From positions 30,690,001 to 30,754,000 of the forward strand of contig NC_086111.1 of assembly GCF_963921235.1 (NCBI RefSeq): a stretch of 64,000 nucleotides of DNA, read 5' to 3'. Each line of letters starts with the position of its first letter. The stretch's first letter is position 1. Under the pieces are notes generated by a model. The model saw only the letters and a program-made list of their open reading frames with translations, was not told the origin of the DNA and made no database searches. Origin of the DNA: Mobula hypostoma. Taxonomy: Eukaryota. Positions 62,000 through 64,000 of this stretch are shown one piece after another. The translations under genes and the position numbers were made by a program.

Positions 62000-63155
62000 C
62001 AGGGGTCCCCAACCTTTTTTGCAACGCGGACCGGTTTATTATTGACAATATTCTTGCGGACCGGCCGACCGGGGGGTGGGGGGGGGTAGGGTTGCCAACG
62101 GACAAGAGTAGCAGTCAAATACATTGTTTACCCCGAGAAAGACTACAATGACCATGAAGCCTTGCGCGGGCACCAGTGCGCATGCGTGTACGTGCTGATT
62201 TTTTTTTTGCCCTACAAATCGTTTTTGGCGATTCTGTTCAGGTGGGTTGTTAATCACGACCGGAATATAGGTGATAAGTGGCTCATGCACTCAGTTTCCT
62301 TTCTAAAAGGGTTTGTCCAACAAATTTAATATTAAACACACAGCGCATATTTTCCTCGCATGAATATAGTGATAAGTCAATTATCAAGGGAGGACAGGGG
62401 AGCTTGAAGTAAGTGTTGAATGAACTTCCAATAGAAGTGGTAGAGGCAGGTTCGATATTATCATTTAAAGAAAAATTGGATAGGTATATGGACAGGTCGG
62501 TGGGACTAGGTGAGAGTAGCGTTCGGCACAGACTGGAAGGGCAGAGATGGCCTGTTTCCATGCTGTAATTGGTATATGGTTATATAAGTCACTTATTAGT
62601 CAATAGCATCATAACATTTTAAGTAACGTTTGAATATTAAACACACAGCACATATTTTCCCCGTATGAACATATAAAATCATTGCAACACACCAATATCG
62701 CTGAATCAGTGGGAGTCCTGGGCTTGTTTCCCTGCAATGAGACCGTCCTATCGAAGGGTGATGGGAGGCAGCGACACTCAAAGGGGATTCCTTATGTCCA
62801 GTCTATTCCGCAATTGAGATTTCATTGCATTCATTGCAGAGATATGTTGGAAATGGAAGCAACGTTTTCAGTGCTTTCGTAGCTATCTCAGGATATCTAG
62901 CCTTGACTTTGATCCAGAAGGCCGGCAGAGATGCTATGTCAAACACACTTTTCAGCCCGCCGGCATTTGCAAGCTCGAGGAGTTGATCTCCTTCCTGCGC
63001 CGACATGGATGACGCGTGCATAATGACCTCGCGTGTGTTCAAGCTCAACAGTGGCCGTGACAGGGAATGAGGAAAGGTGCAGCTGACTCATATCGCCAAA
63101 TCATATCGTTTCCTCGCGGCCCGGTAGTACATGCCTTGGTGGTTGGGGACTAGTG
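62000..63155 (-). mobile_element. Non-autonomous hAT (Charlie/Buster-like) element with transposase C-terminus
   Basis: TIRs CAGGGGTCCCCAACC and GGTTGGGGACTAGTG; 8-bp TSD GCTTAGAT; ORF 62803-63048 SLPAFWIKVKARYPEIATKALKTLLPFPT (hAT dimerisation domain); internal CR1 piece at ~62410-62585. Confidence 0.92.
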
Positions 63156-63616
63156 GCTTAGATTGTGAAGGTTCCTAAGGCATCTCAAGTTAATTTCCTA
63201 CCATTCCAACGATGCATACTCAAACTACCTCTGTCCACAGCTTTACCATGTTGTGGCTCCATTTCCTGATACTTTCACATACAGCAGCATCCAAATTTGG
63301 AAACCTGTGTGGTGTCTAAGTTTCTTTTTGTGTTGCTGTAAGGAGTGTTAGTTGGACTAGGGCTAATAAGAGAACATTTTTTGAGCATGTATTTTGCGTG
63401 TACTATGTTGATGCTGGAATGAGTGGCAACACTTGCAGGCTGCCCCTAGCAGCACATCCTTGAGTGTGTTGGTTGTTAACACAAGCAATATATTCTGCTG
63501 TATGTTTCCATGTACATGTAATAAATGAGTTTGAGAATGGTCCTTCCCAATCTAAGCAGTAGTTCCTAGTATAATGGTACTTCCAGGTTATACAATGAGG
63601 TATACTCAGTTCTTAA

Positions 63617-64000
63617 AGGTACACCTACACCTGTACACTGAGTGGCCTGCTTTTTAATGCAAGTATCTAATCAGCCAATCATGTGGCAGCAACTCACTGC
63701 ACAAATGCATACGGACATGGTCAAGAAGTTAATTTGTGTTCAACCCAAACATCAGAGTGGGGAAGAAATGTGATCTAAGTTGCCTTGACTGTGGAATGAT
63801 TGTTGGTACCAGAAGGTGTGCTTTGAGTTTCTTAGAAACTGCTGATCTCTTGGCATTTTCACACAAAACAGTCTCTAGCGTTTACAGAGAATGGTGCAAA
63901 AAGCAATAAACATCCATTAGGTGGCAGTTCTGTGGGTGTAAATGTCTTGTTAATGAGAGAGGTCAGAGGAGAATTGTCAAAATGGTACAAGCTGACAGGA
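63617..64000 (+). mobile_element. Tc1/mariner element, same family as 4647-6301, running off the window
   Basis: TATCTAATCAGCCAATCA and transposase start GKKCDLS...GMIVGTR...ETADLLAFSHKTVSSVYREWCK. Confidence 0.85.

Noticed and set aside
63990-64000. Both Tc1 copies appear to end at the same position (CAAGCTGAC)
   Set aside because: The second copy is simply cut by the window edge.

Overview
Repeat-rich vertebrate genomic DNA, most likely from an elasmobranch (shark or ray). This is inferred from the repeat mix: abundant CR1 LINEs, V-domain/HE1-type and Deu-domain SINEs, Rex1/Babar LINEs and Penelope-like elements. No intact host protein-coding gene is recognisable, and nearly all ORFs in the track are TE fragments or low-complexity artefacts. 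A TE-poor, CpG-enriched island at ~34.5-41.7 kb looks like the promoter and first exon of an unidentified + strand gene. The standout is a 1.6-kb non-autonomous Gypsy-type LTR retrotransposon (1919-3547, minus strand) with two LTRs, a tRNA-Leu-type PBS, a PPT and a 5-bp TSD. Its pol is replaced by a chain of captured host-gene fragments fused in frame to the gag zinc knuckle: RABEP1 (Rabaptin-5), the SH3KBP1/CIN85 C-terminal coiled coil, and probably SLU7. Also notable: Penelope-derived hammerhead ribozyme motifs, a ZNF143/NRF1-like module shared by Harbinger and hAT MITEs, a composite hAT element, and an R4/Dong LINE inserted in a TTA repeat. Homology calls come from my recall of protein and TE sequences, not from database searches. 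Boundaries not supported by a TSD or TIR are approximate.
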